64,000 nt of DNA from Anaeromyxobacteraceae bacterium. GTDB taxonomy: Bacteria; Myxococcota; Myxococcia; Myxococcales; Anaeromyxobacteraceae. Position numbers and translations under genes: made by a program. A model generated the notes under the pieces. The model was not told the origin of the DNA. It worked only from the letters and a program-made list of their open reading frames with translations, and did not search any database. Shown in pieces: positions 1 through 8,592 of the stretch. The stretch lies in assembly GCA_047602405.1 (NCBI GenBank), contig JASGHJ010000002.1, positions 1,632,001-1,696,000 on the forward strand, in the 5' to 3' direction. Numbering within the stretch: the stretch's first letter is position 1; the number at the start of each line of letters is the position of its first letter.

Positions 1-1967
1 GCCGCCGTCGCGGGGCGGAGCTGGAGCAGGCCCCGGGCGTCCGCGCCGCTGCGGGCCCGCACCTCGAAGCGCGACTCGCGCCGCATGACCGCGTACACGA
101 GGGAGGGGTCGAGCCCGGCCGCGCGCGCGGCGGGCACGACGTCGCCGCCGAACGGCTCGGGGTGGCCCCAGCGCTGCGCGCGCCGGGTGGGCGCGAGCTG
201 GTCCCGGGCGAGCACGAACGGCAGCTCCGGGTCGCCCGCGAACGCCGCGAGCTGGGCCACGAGCGGCGCGGCGGCGCGCGCCTGGGGGCCGCGCGAGAGG
301 TCGCGCAGCTCGTCGAGGGCCTGCTCGCGCAGGCCGAGCCCGAGGAGCTCGACCGCCACCGAGAGGCGGGCGGCCGAGGCCGAGTTGTTGATCTCCGGGA
401 TCGGGCGGGCGGGCGCCGCCGCGGGCGGCTTCGGGTGCACGCCGAGCTCGGCGAGGCGCGCGCGGGCGAGCACGCCGTACCAGCCGTCGCCGCCGAGCGC
501 GAGCGCCTGCTCGAGGAGGGCGCGCCGGCGGGCGGGAGAGGCGGTGAGGCGCGCGCGCCAGTAGGCGCTGGCGTCGGCGAGCGGTCCGGGTGAGAGGCGG
601 GCGAGGAGCCGCGCGGCCTCGCCCGCCTGGCCGAGGCGGTAGCGCGACCAGGCGGCGAACCAGGTCGCGTCGGCGGCGCGGCGCGAGCCGGGGCGGGCGC
701 GGGCGAAGCCCTCGAGCGCGGTCGCGGCGCGGGTGAGGTCCCCGGCGTCGTACCAGAGCCAGCTCGCGAGGAAGGTCGCCTCGTCCTCGAGGTCGCGCTG
801 GCGCCAGGCGGGGAGCCCGGGCACCTCCGCGCGGATCGGCGCGAGGCGGGCGTAGAGCGCGGTCGCCTCCTCGAAGCGGCCCGCGCGGGCGGCGGCGCGG
901 GCGAGCACGAAGAGCGCGCCCCGGCGGACGGAGGCGTCCGCGGCCTCGGCGAGCGGCTGCGCGAGCGCGGCCGCGTCGGCGGGGCGCCCGAGGGCGAAGA
1001 CCGCCATCGCGCGGAGGACCTCGGACCTCCCCGCCGGCGGCGACGGGGGCTCCGCCTGCGCGGCGCGGTCGAGCTCGGCGAGCGCCGCCTCCGGCCAGCC
1101 GTCGAGGACGAGCCGCTCCGCGCGGTCGAGGTGCTCCCGCGGCTCGAAGGGTGGCACGGGCCCACCGGAGGAGCGCCAGGCGGAGAGGATCGCCTCCGCG
1201 TCGCGCGCCTCCTGCGCCGCAGGGCGCTCGAGCCACAGCGCGCGCAGGGTGGCGGTCGCGCGCGCGTCGTCGCCGGCGGCGCGCGCGGCACGGCCGAGCA
1301 CGAGCCGCGCGTGCGCGGCGGCGCGGTCCTCCGGGGCCGCCGCGAGCACGGCCTCGAGGGCGGCGCTCGCCTCGTCGGCGAGCCCGGCGGCGAAGAGCGC
1401 GTCGCCCTCGCGGAAGCGGGCGCGGTGGGCGAGGGCGAGCCCGGGCACGAGCGTCGCCTGGGAGAAGAGCCGCGCCGCGAGCGGGGCCTGGCCGGCGGCG
1501 AGGAGCGACTCGGCCCTGGCGAACGCGAGGTGGGCGCGCGCCGGCACCGGGGCGCCGCCGAGGGCGGTCTCGAGCGCGACCGTGGCGGCCTCGTGCTCGC
1601 CCCGGCCGGCGAGGGCGAGGCCGAGCGCGGCCTGGCCGAGCGCCGAGGCCGGGCCGCGGGGCCTCGCGAGCACGGCGCGGCGCGCGCCCGTCTCCGCGCC
1701 CGCGGGGTCGCCGTCGGCGAGCGCCTGGGCCGCGTCGCCCAGCCCCGAGAGCCAGTCGCAGAGGGGTTCGCGCGTGGCGGGGTATGCGCACAGGGGCGCA
1801 CCCGTCGCCGCGACGACCGCGATCGCCGCGACGATTCCCCGAAGGATCTCGGGCCTCGGGCGCCTGCCCGCCCGGGCGCGCCCCGCCCGGGCGGTGGGGG
1901 GCTTGACTCGTTCAGGCGAGGACAGCGATAACCCCCGCGCACCCGACGGCTCCGCAGGGGGACGCAC
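1..1967 (-). CDS. Lytic transglycosylase (SLT domain) with N-terminal TPR-like helical repeats; 3' end runs off the window
   Basis: Manual minus-strand translation gives the SLT motifs 'LDPSLVYAVMRRESRF...ARGLLQL' at ~20-120, preceded by Ala/Leu-rich TPR-like helices and a hydrophobic segment (~1800-1845). Start is uncertain; the nearest in-frame GTG is at 1967. Confidence 0.8.
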   Translation of the reverse strand, partial: MRPPAEPSGARGLSLSSPERVKPPTARAGRARAGRRPRPEILRGIVAAIAVVAATGAPLCAYPATREPLCDWLSGLGDAAQALADGDPAGAETGARRAVLARPRGPASALGQAALGLALAGRGEHEAATVALETALGGAPVPARAHLAFARAESLLAAGQAPLAARLFSQATLVPGLALAHRARFREGDALFAAGLADEASAALEAVLAAAPEDRAAAHARLVLGRAARAAGDDARATATLRALWLERPAAQEARDAEAILSAWRSSGGPVPPFEPREHLDRAERLVLDGWPEAALAELDRAAQAEPPSPPAGRSEVLRAMAVFALGRPADAAALAQPLAEAADASVRRGALFVLARAAARAGRFEEATALYARLAPIRAEVPGLPAWRQRDLEDEATFLASWLWYDAGDLTRAATALEGFARARPGSRRAADATWFAAWSRYRLGQAGEAARLLARLSPGPLADASAYWRARLTASPARRRALLEQALALGGDGWYGVLARARLAELGVHPKPPAAAPARPIPEINNSASAARLSVAVELLGLGLREQALDELRDLSRGPQARAAAPLVAQLAAFAGDPELPFVLARDQLAPTRRAQRWGHPEPFGGDVVPAARAAGLDPSLVYAVMRRESRFEVRARSGADARGLLQLRPATA
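1903..1932 (+). promoter_or_regulatory. Putative sigma70-type promoter (TTGACT...GATAAC) for the small Cys-rich gene
   Basis: TTGACT at 1903-1908 and a -10-like GATAAC at 1927-1932 in very GC-rich DNA. Confidence 0.4.
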
Positions 1968-2016
1968 GAAGGTTCCATCGGAACCCCGGCGTCGTGGAGC
2001 GGCCGGCACAGGTGGG

Positions 2017-2265
2017 ATGAGCCATCCGGAGGATCGCATCGTGCAAGGCAAGCCTTCTCCCACCGAGCTGACCGCGCCCATCAACCCCGACCGTGGCATC
2101 GAGGGGCACCGCAACCTGTTCTGCAACTACTACGACGCCTGCCTCGACGAGGCCGTCCGCCGTGGCTGGAACAGCTGGACCTGCACCCGCTGCTCGAACC
2201 ACGTGCTCGAGCCCGAGGTCGAGGGCGGGATCGAGGCTTACGCCCAGCAGCGCCGGATGATCTAG
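2017..2265 (+). CDS. Small Cys-rich hypothetical protein (82 aa; C-x5-C-x13-C-x2-C)
   Basis: C-terminal part of ORF 1249..2265; ATG 2017 after GGTGGG; HRNLFCNYYDACLDEAVRRGWNSWTCTRC; host-like codon usage. Confidence 0.8.
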   Translation: MSHPEDRIVQGKPSPTELTAPINPDRGIEGHRNLFCNYYDACLDEAVRRGWNSWTCTRCSNHVLEPEVEGGIEAYAQQRRMI

Positions 2266-2309
2266 GCGCTGCCGCCCAGGCGAGAACGTAGCGCGGGCCG
2301 GTCCCCGGC

Positions 2310-3899
2310 TCAATCCGTGTAGATCACCACGATCCACGTGCGCCCGGCGCCGAACCGGGCGCTGTCGCCCGTCGCGACGCCGACCCCGACCCGCCCGAAG
2401 CGCGGGTCCCGCAGGTTCTTCGAGCGCGTGGCGTCGTCCGGCGCGGACGCGACGAACACGTCCACCGCCGAGAGCCTGCGCTGAAGCCCGAGCGCGCGCT
2501 CCGAGAGCTCGGCCGCGTCGGTGTCGTCCGCGGCCAGCATGGCGCGCGCGGCCTCGCGCGCCATCGCGTCGAGGCGCGCGTCGCTCGTGAGCGGCGGCGC
2601 GCCGCCGGACTGCGCCCGGGCCTTCCAGAGCGCCTCCCGCACCCGCGCGTCGGGGGTGAGCGGGCTCACGCCGGGGTCGGGCGGCTCCACGAAGATCTGC
2701 GTGAGGTACACGCGCTCGCTGCCGGTCTCGTCGATCCGCCCGCGGGCGAGCCCGAGCCCCACCAGCCGCGCCGCCGGCCGGAGCATGTTCGCGAGGTGGG
2801 CGGGGCTCTCCTCCGCGCCGTGGTGCGCCTCGAGCGCGGTCGGGGCGCGGCCGACGTTCTCGTACGCGCGCACGTACGGGACCCGCGCGCGCCGGAGCCG
2901 ATCCCCGAGCTCGCCCGTGCCGGGGAGGACGTGGGCGACCTTGTTCGCGTCGCGCATGGCCTCCGAGTGGGTCCGGGCGACCGCCGAGAGCGCCGGGCTG
3001 AGCTCGAGCGCCCCGAGGCCCTTCTGGCGGCGCAGCTCGTTGAGCGCCCGCAGCACGTCCTCCACCGCGCGCGTGTCGTCGCCCCGCGCGCCGGCCGGCC
3101 CGCGCGCGGGGAAGGGTGCGTCGAGGGCGGCGCCGCCCGCCGAGACCGCGAGGAGCCCGGCCATCTCGGGGCCGTCCGCGCCCTCCGCCATGACCTCGAC
3201 GAGCCAGCGGCCCGGCTCCGGGAAGCTCACCCGCGCGCGGAACGCGCGCTCCCCGCCGACCTCGAGCTCGGAGACCTTGCCCGAGGGCGAGGTGGCGTAG
3301 ACGCGCGGGAACCGGAGCCCGTCGCCGAGCGTGCCGGCGAGGACGTGCGCGGAGCCCGGCGCGACGTCGCGCGGGAACGGGCCGAGCTCGAGGCGGCGGC
3401 GCGACAGCACCACGACGGCCCAGGCGCGCTCGCCCCGCGCGGCGACGCCGACGCCCACGGCGGTGGCGGGCGCCTTCCCAATCCGCGAGGCCACCGCGGC
3501 CGGCAGCGCCGAGGGCGACGTGGTGACGAGGACGGCCCAGGGCTGCGGGTCGAAGGCGGCCGCCCGGGAGAGGGCGCTGCGCAGGGCGCCGCTCGAGACC
3601 GGGTCCGGATCTCCGCCCGCCGCACGATCGGCGAGCTCGCGCGCGGCCAGCGCGAGCGAGGAGGTGGGCGCGGGCCGGACACCCGCGGAGGCGAGGCTCC
3701 CGAGGACGGCGCCGAGCACCGAGGTCTCGAGCGGCCGGGGCTGGAGCGCGGGCTCGGCCCCGTAGCGCGCGCCCGCGGCCGGCGGCGCCGCGTCGGGCAC
3801 GGCGGCGGGGGGCGCGGCGGGCGGCGCCTCCGGGCGCAACCCGGGGGCCGTGGCGCAGGCCGCGCAGGCGGCGAGGGCGATGGCGCGCGCGCTACGCAG
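2310..3899 (-). CDS. CAP/SCP-domain lipoprotein (tandem CAP-like domains)
   Basis: 'LNELRRQKGL..L...LSAVARTHSEAM...AH...ENVG...ESPAHLANML...VGLG' is a CAP signature. The in-frame extension upstream of the TTG at 3839 encodes a lipoprotein-like signal (RSARAIALAACAAC). Confidence 0.8.
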   Translation of the reverse strand: MRSARAIALAACAACATAPGLRPEAPPAAPPAAVPDAAPPAAGARYGAEPALQPRPLETSVLGAVLGSLASAGVRPAPTSSLALAARELADRAAGGDPDPVSSGALRSALSRAAAFDPQPWAVLVTTSPSALPAAVASRIGKAPATAVGVGVAARGERAWAVVVLSRRRLELGPFPRDVAPGSAHVLAGTLGDGLRFPRVYATSPSGKVSELEVGGERAFRARVSFPEPGRWLVEVMAEGADGPEMAGLLAVSAGGAALDAPFPARGPAGARGDDTRAVEDVLRALNELRRQKGLGALELSPALSAVARTHSEAMRDANKVAHVLPGTGELGDRLRRARVPYVRAYENVGRAPTALEAHHGAEESPAHLANMLRPAARLVGLGLARGRIDETGSERVYLTQIFVEPPDPGVSPLTPDARVREALWKARAQSGGAPPLTSDARLDAMAREAARAMLAADDTDAAELSERALGLQRRLSAVDVFVASAPDDATRSKNLRDPRFGRVGVGVATGDSARFGAGRTWIVVIYTD

Positions 3900-4179
3900 T
3901 CTTGACCTCGAGCCCGGCCGCGGCCTCGCGGCCCAGGCGGGCGTTCACACGCTCGCACACCAAACGCTCCGCCGAGGCGAGCTGCTCCGCCCACTCCCGC
4001 GTGCTCGCCACGACGAGGAGCCGGCCATCCTTCAGGACGCCGCGGAACGAGACCTCGCGTGCGAGTCGCGGCCCGCACGCCTCCGCGAAGGCCGCCGCGA
4101 GCGCGGCCTCGCCCGCGGCGGGGCGCTTCGCGAGGGTCTCGGCGAGCACCGAGGCGACGGTCCGGCGGCGTCCACGCAT
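3892..4179 (-). CDS. DUF721/DciA-family protein
   Basis: 'AFAEACGPRLAREVSFRGVLKDGRLLVVASTREWAEQL...VNARLG' resembles DUF721; ATG 4179 follows a TTGACG-17-TTATCT promoter. Confidence 0.7.
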   Translation of the reverse strand: MRGRRRTVASVLAETLAKRPAAGEAALAAAFAEACGPRLAREVSFRGVLKDGRLLVVASTREWAEQLASAERLVCERVNARLGREAAAGLEVKTA

Positions 4180-4321
4180 CGCGCGAGATAAACGCGCGTC
4201 CAGACGGCCGTCAAGGCGCCTCCCCGTGGACGTGGCAGACTCTGCGTTGCCGCTGCCGATGCGGCGTTTCGTCACGGACGCCGCACACGATGGGGTGTGC
4301 TAGCTTGACCCACACGTTGCC

Positions 4322-5692
4322 ATGAGCATCACGACGGCTGACCTGGCCGATGGGCGGGGCCCGGATGAAGCCGCCCGAGAGACTCCCCCGCAGGGCGGGG
4401 TGGGGTCCGCGCTGACGCATGGCAACGTGAACCTCCGCTGGCTCGTGCAGCTGCACTGGGCCGGCCTCGTGGGACAGGTCGTCGCGATCTTCGCCGCCTC
4501 GCTCTGGAGCGGGGTGGGGCTGCCGCTCCCGACGCTCGGGGTCTTCCTGGTGTGCGAGGTGGTGGCGAACTTCGCGCTGCAGGCCTGGGCGGGCCGGGGC
4601 CGGGTGACCGACCGCGGCGTCGCCTTCGTGATGATCGCCGACGTGGTCGTGCTGACGGTGCTGCTCGACCTCACCGGCGGCGTCTCGAACCCGTTCGCGG
4701 CCATCTACCTCGTCTACGTGGCGCTCGCCGCGGTGATCCTGCCCGTGCGCTGGGCCTGGATCCTCGCCGTCGCGACCGCGGTGGCGTACGGCGTGCTCTA
4801 CCTGAACGAGCGGCTCTACGGGCGCGCCCACCACGTGACGATGCGGATGCGGCTCGAGGAGCTCGCCGACGAGTACGCGCGCACCGCCTGGATCGCGTTC
4901 GCGGTGGCCTCGGCCTCGATCGTCTTCTTCATCCGGCGGATCTCCGACGCCCTCGCCCAGCGCGAGCGCGAGCTCGAGGAGGCCCGCGCCCGCGGCCAGC
5001 GCCGCGAGCGGCTGGCCTCGCTCGCGACGCTGGCCGCCGGCGCCGCGCACGAGCTCGCGACGCCGCTCTCGACCATCGCGGTCGTCGCGAAGGAGCTCGA
5101 TCGCAACCTGCCCGCGGGCACGCCGGACGACGTCCGCGAGGACCTCCGCATCGTGCGCGACCAGGTCGCCCGCTGCCGCAACATCCTCGACCGCATGTCG
5201 GCCCGCGCCGGCGAGACGGCGGGCGAGCAGATCGCGGAGCTCACCGGCGAGCAGTGGCTCGCCTCCGCGCTCGACGGCTTCCCCTGGAGCGCGCGGGTCA
5301 CGCAGGACGCCTCACCCGAGGCGCTCGCGGCGCGGGTGCGCGGGCCGGTGCGCGCGCTCGCCGACATGCTGCGCGGGCTGATGAAGAACGCCGCGCAGGC
5401 GTCGCCCGAGGGTTCGCCGATCCACGTGAAGCTCTCGCTCGTGGGCGAGACGGTCCACGCGACCGTGAAGGACAGCGGCCGGGGCATGAGCCCCGAGGTG
5501 CTCCGCCGTGTCGGAGAGCCGTTCTACACCACCAAGGGTCCGGGCGAGGGCATGGGCCTTGGCCTGTTCCTGACCCGAGCGCTCGCCGAGCAGCTCGGGG
5601 GTGAATTCCGCATCGCCTCGCGTCCCGGGGAGGGGACGGAGGCGACGGTCGAGCTGCCGGCGGTCGCCGCCGGCGGGAGGAGGGTCCCGTGA
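4322..5692 (+). CDS. regB: RegB/PrrB/ActS-type redox-sensing membrane histidine kinase
   Basis: Multiple TM helices, GGxxNPF motif (GGVSNPF), H-box AAHELATPL, redox-box Cys (RCRNIL), HATPase G boxes (DSGRG, GMGLGL). Confidence 0.88.
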   Translation: MSITTADLADGRGPDEAARETPPQGGVGSALTHGNVNLRWLVQLHWAGLVGQVVAIFAASLWSGVGLPLPTLGVFLVCEVVANFALQAWAGRGRVTDRGVAFVMIADVVVLTVLLDLTGGVSNPFAAIYLVYVALAAVILPVRWAWILAVATAVAYGVLYLNERLYGRAHHVTMRMRLEELADEYARTAWIAFAVASASIVFFIRRISDALAQRERELEEARARGQRRERLASLATLAAGAAHELATPLSTIAVVAKELDRNLPAGTPDDVREDLRIVRDQVARCRNILDRMSARAGETAGEQIAELTGEQWLASALDGFPWSARVTQDASPEALAARVRGPVRALADMLRGLMKNAAQASPEGSPIHVKLSLVGETVHATVKDSGRGMSPEVLRRVGEPFYTTKGPGEGMGLGLFLTRALAEQLGGEFRIASRPGEGTEATVELPAVAAGGRRVP

Positions 5693-6249
5693 ACCAGACG
5701 AGCACCGACATCACCCCGAAGGAGACGTTGCCGAGCATCCTGCTCGTCGACGACGACGAGGTCCTCCGCGAGCGCCTCGCGACGGCCATCCGCGCGCGCG
5801 GCTACGAGGTCCGCACCGCCGCGAACTCCGCCGACGCCATCAAGGAGGCGGAGAAGGAGTCGCCCGAGATGGCGGTGGTCGACCTGCGCATGCCGGGCGG
5901 CAGCGGCCTCGAGCTGCTCCGCGAGCTGCGCCGCCACGACCCGCACACCCGCGTCCTCGTCCTGACCGGCTACGGCAGCATCGCGACCGCCGTCGAGGCG
6001 GTCCGCGACGGGGCCGTGGGCTACCTGCCGAAGCCGGCCGACGCCGACGAGATCCTCGCGGCGCTCAACGGCCAGCAGACCGCGAAGCAGACGGGCGTCG
6101 AGACGCCCTCGCTCGCGCGGGCGGAGTGGGAGCACATCCAGCGCGTGCTCACCGACTGCGGCGGCAACATCTCCGAGGCGGCCCGGCGGCTCGGCATCCA
6201 CCGCCGCTCGCTGCAGCGGAAGCTGCACAAGTACCCGCCGGTCAGGTAG
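5689..6249 (+). CDS. regA: RegA/PrrA/ActR-type response regulator
   Basis: REC domain plus 'EWEHIQRVL...GNISEAARRLGIHRRSLQRKL' Fis-type HTH; GTGA overlap with the kinase. Confidence 0.92.
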   Translation: MNQTSTDITPKETLPSILLVDDDEVLRERLATAIRARGYEVRTAANSADAIKEAEKESPEMAVVDLRMPGGSGLELLRELRRHDPHTRVLVLTGYGSIATAVEAVRDGAVGYLPKPADADEILAALNGQQTAKQTGVETPSLARAEWEHIQRVLTDCGGNISEAARRLGIHRRSLQRKLHKYPPVR

Positions 6250-6351
6250 GGCACGGTCGGCGGCCCGGACGTGGCGTCCGAGGCACGGGAGCCCCACGGC
6301 GCGAACCTTTTCGTCGCCGCGGGGCTCTCATGCGTTATGGAAGGGACCACC

Positions 6352-6786
6352 ATGGACACCACCGTCGCGAAGAAGACCGTCGAGCTGACCGCCAAGAACT
6401 TCAAGGAGGTGGTCGAGAAGGACGGCATCGTCCTCATCGACTGGTGGGCGCCCTGGTGCGGTCCGTGCCGCACCTTCGGTCCGACCTACGAGAAGGTCGC
6501 GGGCCGCTACCCCGACGTCACCTTCGGGAAGGTGAACACCGAGGACGAGCAGGACCTCGCGGGCGCCTTCGACATCCGCTCGATCCCCACGCTCATGATC
6601 CTCCGCGACCGCGTGCTGCTCTTCTCGCAGGCCGGTGCGCTGCCGGAGGCGGCGCTCGAGGATCTCGTCCAGCAGGCCCGCAAGGTCGACATGGACAAGG
6701 TCCGGGCGGAGATCGCCGAGCAGGAGCAGCAGCACGCCGCCGGCCACCAGCACGGTCCCGGCTGCAATCACGATCACGACCACTAG
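6352..6786 (+). CDS. Thioredoxin with His-rich C-terminal tail
   Basis: WCGPC active site, SIPT cis-Pro motif; tail HQHGPGCNHDHDH. Confidence 0.92.
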   Translation: MDTTVAKKTVELTAKNFKEVVEKDGIVLIDWWAPWCGPCRTFGPTYEKVAGRYPDVTFGKVNTEDEQDLAGAFDIRSIPTLMILRDRVLLFSQAGALPEAALEDLVQQARKVDMDKVRAEIAEQEQQHAAGHQHGPGCNHDHDH

Positions 6787-6875
6787 CCCGGCCGGGGGAT
6801 CGACCGTCCGCTCGGGCCCGCGGCCGGACCGGCCGCGAGGTGGACATCCGACCCATCCCGGGGTTTCTTCTGGGT

Positions 6876-7763
6876 GTGGTCGATCCTGCGACGCTCCGCG
6901 GCCTCGAGCCGCCGCCCGCCCCGGCGCACCCCCGCCGCGTCATCGCCCTCGCCGCCGCCGCCCTCGTCGCGATCGGCTGGATCGACCTCGCGACCGGGAC
7001 CGAGCTCGACCTCTTCGCCCTCTACTTCATCCCCGTCGCGCTCGTGAGCTGGAACGCGGGCCGGGGGGCCGGCCTCGCGAGCGCGACCGCGAGCGCGATC
7101 GTGTGGCTCTCGGCGGACCTGGCCGGCGGCCGCGCCGAGCGCGACGTCGCCATCGCGGTGGTGAACTCGGTCGTCGAGCTGACGGCGTTCGGGACCGTCG
7201 CGCTCCTCGTCTCGGGGAACCGCGCGGCGCTCCTGCGGGAGCGCGCGCTCGCGCGGCGCGACCCGCTCACCCGGCTCGACAACGGCATCGCGTTCCGGGA
7301 CCGGGCGGAGCAGGAGCTCGCACGCGCGCGGCGCAGGCGCAGCCCGGTGGTCGTCGCCTACCTCGACCTCGACGGCTTCAAGGCGGTGAACGACGAGCGG
7401 GGGCACGCGGCCGGCGACGACGTGCTCCGCACGATCGCCTACGAGATCCGCCACCGCTGCAGGACGACCGACGCGGCCGCGCGCCTCGCGGGCGACGAGT
7501 TCGCGTTCCTCCTCCCCGACACCGACGCCGCGGGCGCGCGGATCGTGCTCGAGGCCCTGCGCGCCTCCATCGCCGAGGCGATGAAGGTCCGCGGGCACGC
7601 GGTCACCGCCAGCGTCGGCGCGGTGGCGTTCGCGGAGGCCCCGCCCTCGGTGGAGGGGCTCGTGCGGGAGGCCGACGCCGTCATGTACGAGGCGAAGCGG
7701 GCCGGGAAGGATCGGGTGGTCGTGCGCGAGCGGACCGCCACCGGCGGGGGCGCCCGCGCGTGA
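6876..7763 (+). CDS. Membrane-bound GGDEF-domain protein (diguanylate cyclase-like, AGDEF variant)
   Basis: About 4 TM helices, then DPLT, DLDGFKAVND..GH..GD, RxxD I-site (RTTD) and AGDEF. Start uncertain (6840 or 6876). Confidence 0.85.
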   Translation: MVDPATLRGLEPPPAPAHPRRVIALAAAALVAIGWIDLATGTELDLFALYFIPVALVSWNAGRGAGLASATASAIVWLSADLAGGRAERDVAIAVVNSVVELTAFGTVALLVSGNRAALLRERALARRDPLTRLDNGIAFRDRAEQELARARRRRSPVVVAYLDLDGFKAVNDERGHAAGDDVLRTIAYEIRHRCRTTDAAARLAGDEFAFLLPDTDAAGARIVLEALRASIAEAMKVRGHAVTASVGAVAFAEAPPSVEGLVREADAVMYEAKRAGKDRVVVRERTATGGGARA

Positions 7764-8500
7764 TCGCGGTGATCACCGGCGGGTCCCGCGGCATCGGCGC
7801 GGCGACCGCGCTCGAGTGTGCGCGCGCGGGCTGGGACGTCGCGGTGGGCTACCGGGAGCGGTCCGACCGGGCCGAGGCGGTCTGCGAGGCGGTCCGCGCG
7901 CTCGGGCGCCGGGCCCTCGCGGTGCGGGCGGACGTCGGGGTGGATGCCGAGGTGCGCGCGCTCTTCCTCGCGGTCGACCGCGGGCTCGGCGTGCCGTCGG
8001 GCCTCGTCAACGCCGCCGGGATCGTCGCGCCGGCGGCCCGCGCCGACGAGCTCGACGGCGCGCGCGTGCGGAGGCTCCTCGAGGTGAACGTCGCGGGGAG
8101 CCTCGCCTGCGCCCGCGAGGCGGTCCGCCGGATGAGCACGCGCCACGGCGGGCGCGGCGGGGCCATCGTGAACGTCTCGTCGGTCGCCGCGCGCACCGGC
8201 GGGGCGGGCGAGTACGTGGACTACGCCGCCTCGAAGGGCGCCATCGACGCCTTCACGGTCGGCCTCGCCCGCGAGGTCGCGGCCGAGGGGATCCGGGTGA
8301 ACGCGGTGCGGCCGGGCATCACCGACACCGAGATCCACGCGAGCGGCGGGCGCCCGGATCGGGCCTGGCGCCTGGCGCCGCAGCTCCCGATGCAGCGGCC
8401 CGGGACCGCCGAGGAGGTGGCCCGAGCGATCGCGTGGCTCCTCTCCGACGCCGCGAGCTACTGCACGGGGTCCATCCTCGACGTGGCGGGCGGTCGCTGA
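7760..8500 (+). CDS. SDR-family oxidoreductase
   Basis: TGGSRGIG, NAAG, YAASK, NAVRPG motifs; GTGA overlap with the upstream stop. Confidence 0.92.
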   Translation: MIAVITGGSRGIGAATALECARAGWDVAVGYRERSDRAEAVCEAVRALGRRALAVRADVGVDAEVRALFLAVDRGLGVPSGLVNAAGIVAPAARADELDGARVRRLLEVNVAGSLACAREAVRRMSTRHGGRGGAIVNVSSVAARTGGAGEYVDYAASKGAIDAFTVGLAREVAAEGIRVNAVRPGITDTEIHASGGRPDRAWRLAPQLPMQRPGTAEEVARAIAWLLSDAASYCTGSILDVAGGR

Positions 8501-8538
8501 GGACACCGGCCTCGCGCCCGCGCCACGCAACGAGACGA

Positions 8539-8570
8539 GAAGGGGCGGCCGGTCACCCGGACGCCCCTTC
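8539..8570. terminator. Hairpin between convergent genes (probable intrinsic terminator)
   Basis: GAAGGGGCG(8539-47)/CGCCCCTTC(8562-70) stem. Confidence 0.55.
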
Positions 8571-8592
8571 GCCGATCCGTCGACGTCGAGCG

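Noticed and set aside
1900..1916. Full LexA box upstream of the small Cys-rich gene
   Set aside because: Only the right half (ACTCGTTCAGG) matches; the left half fails the consensus
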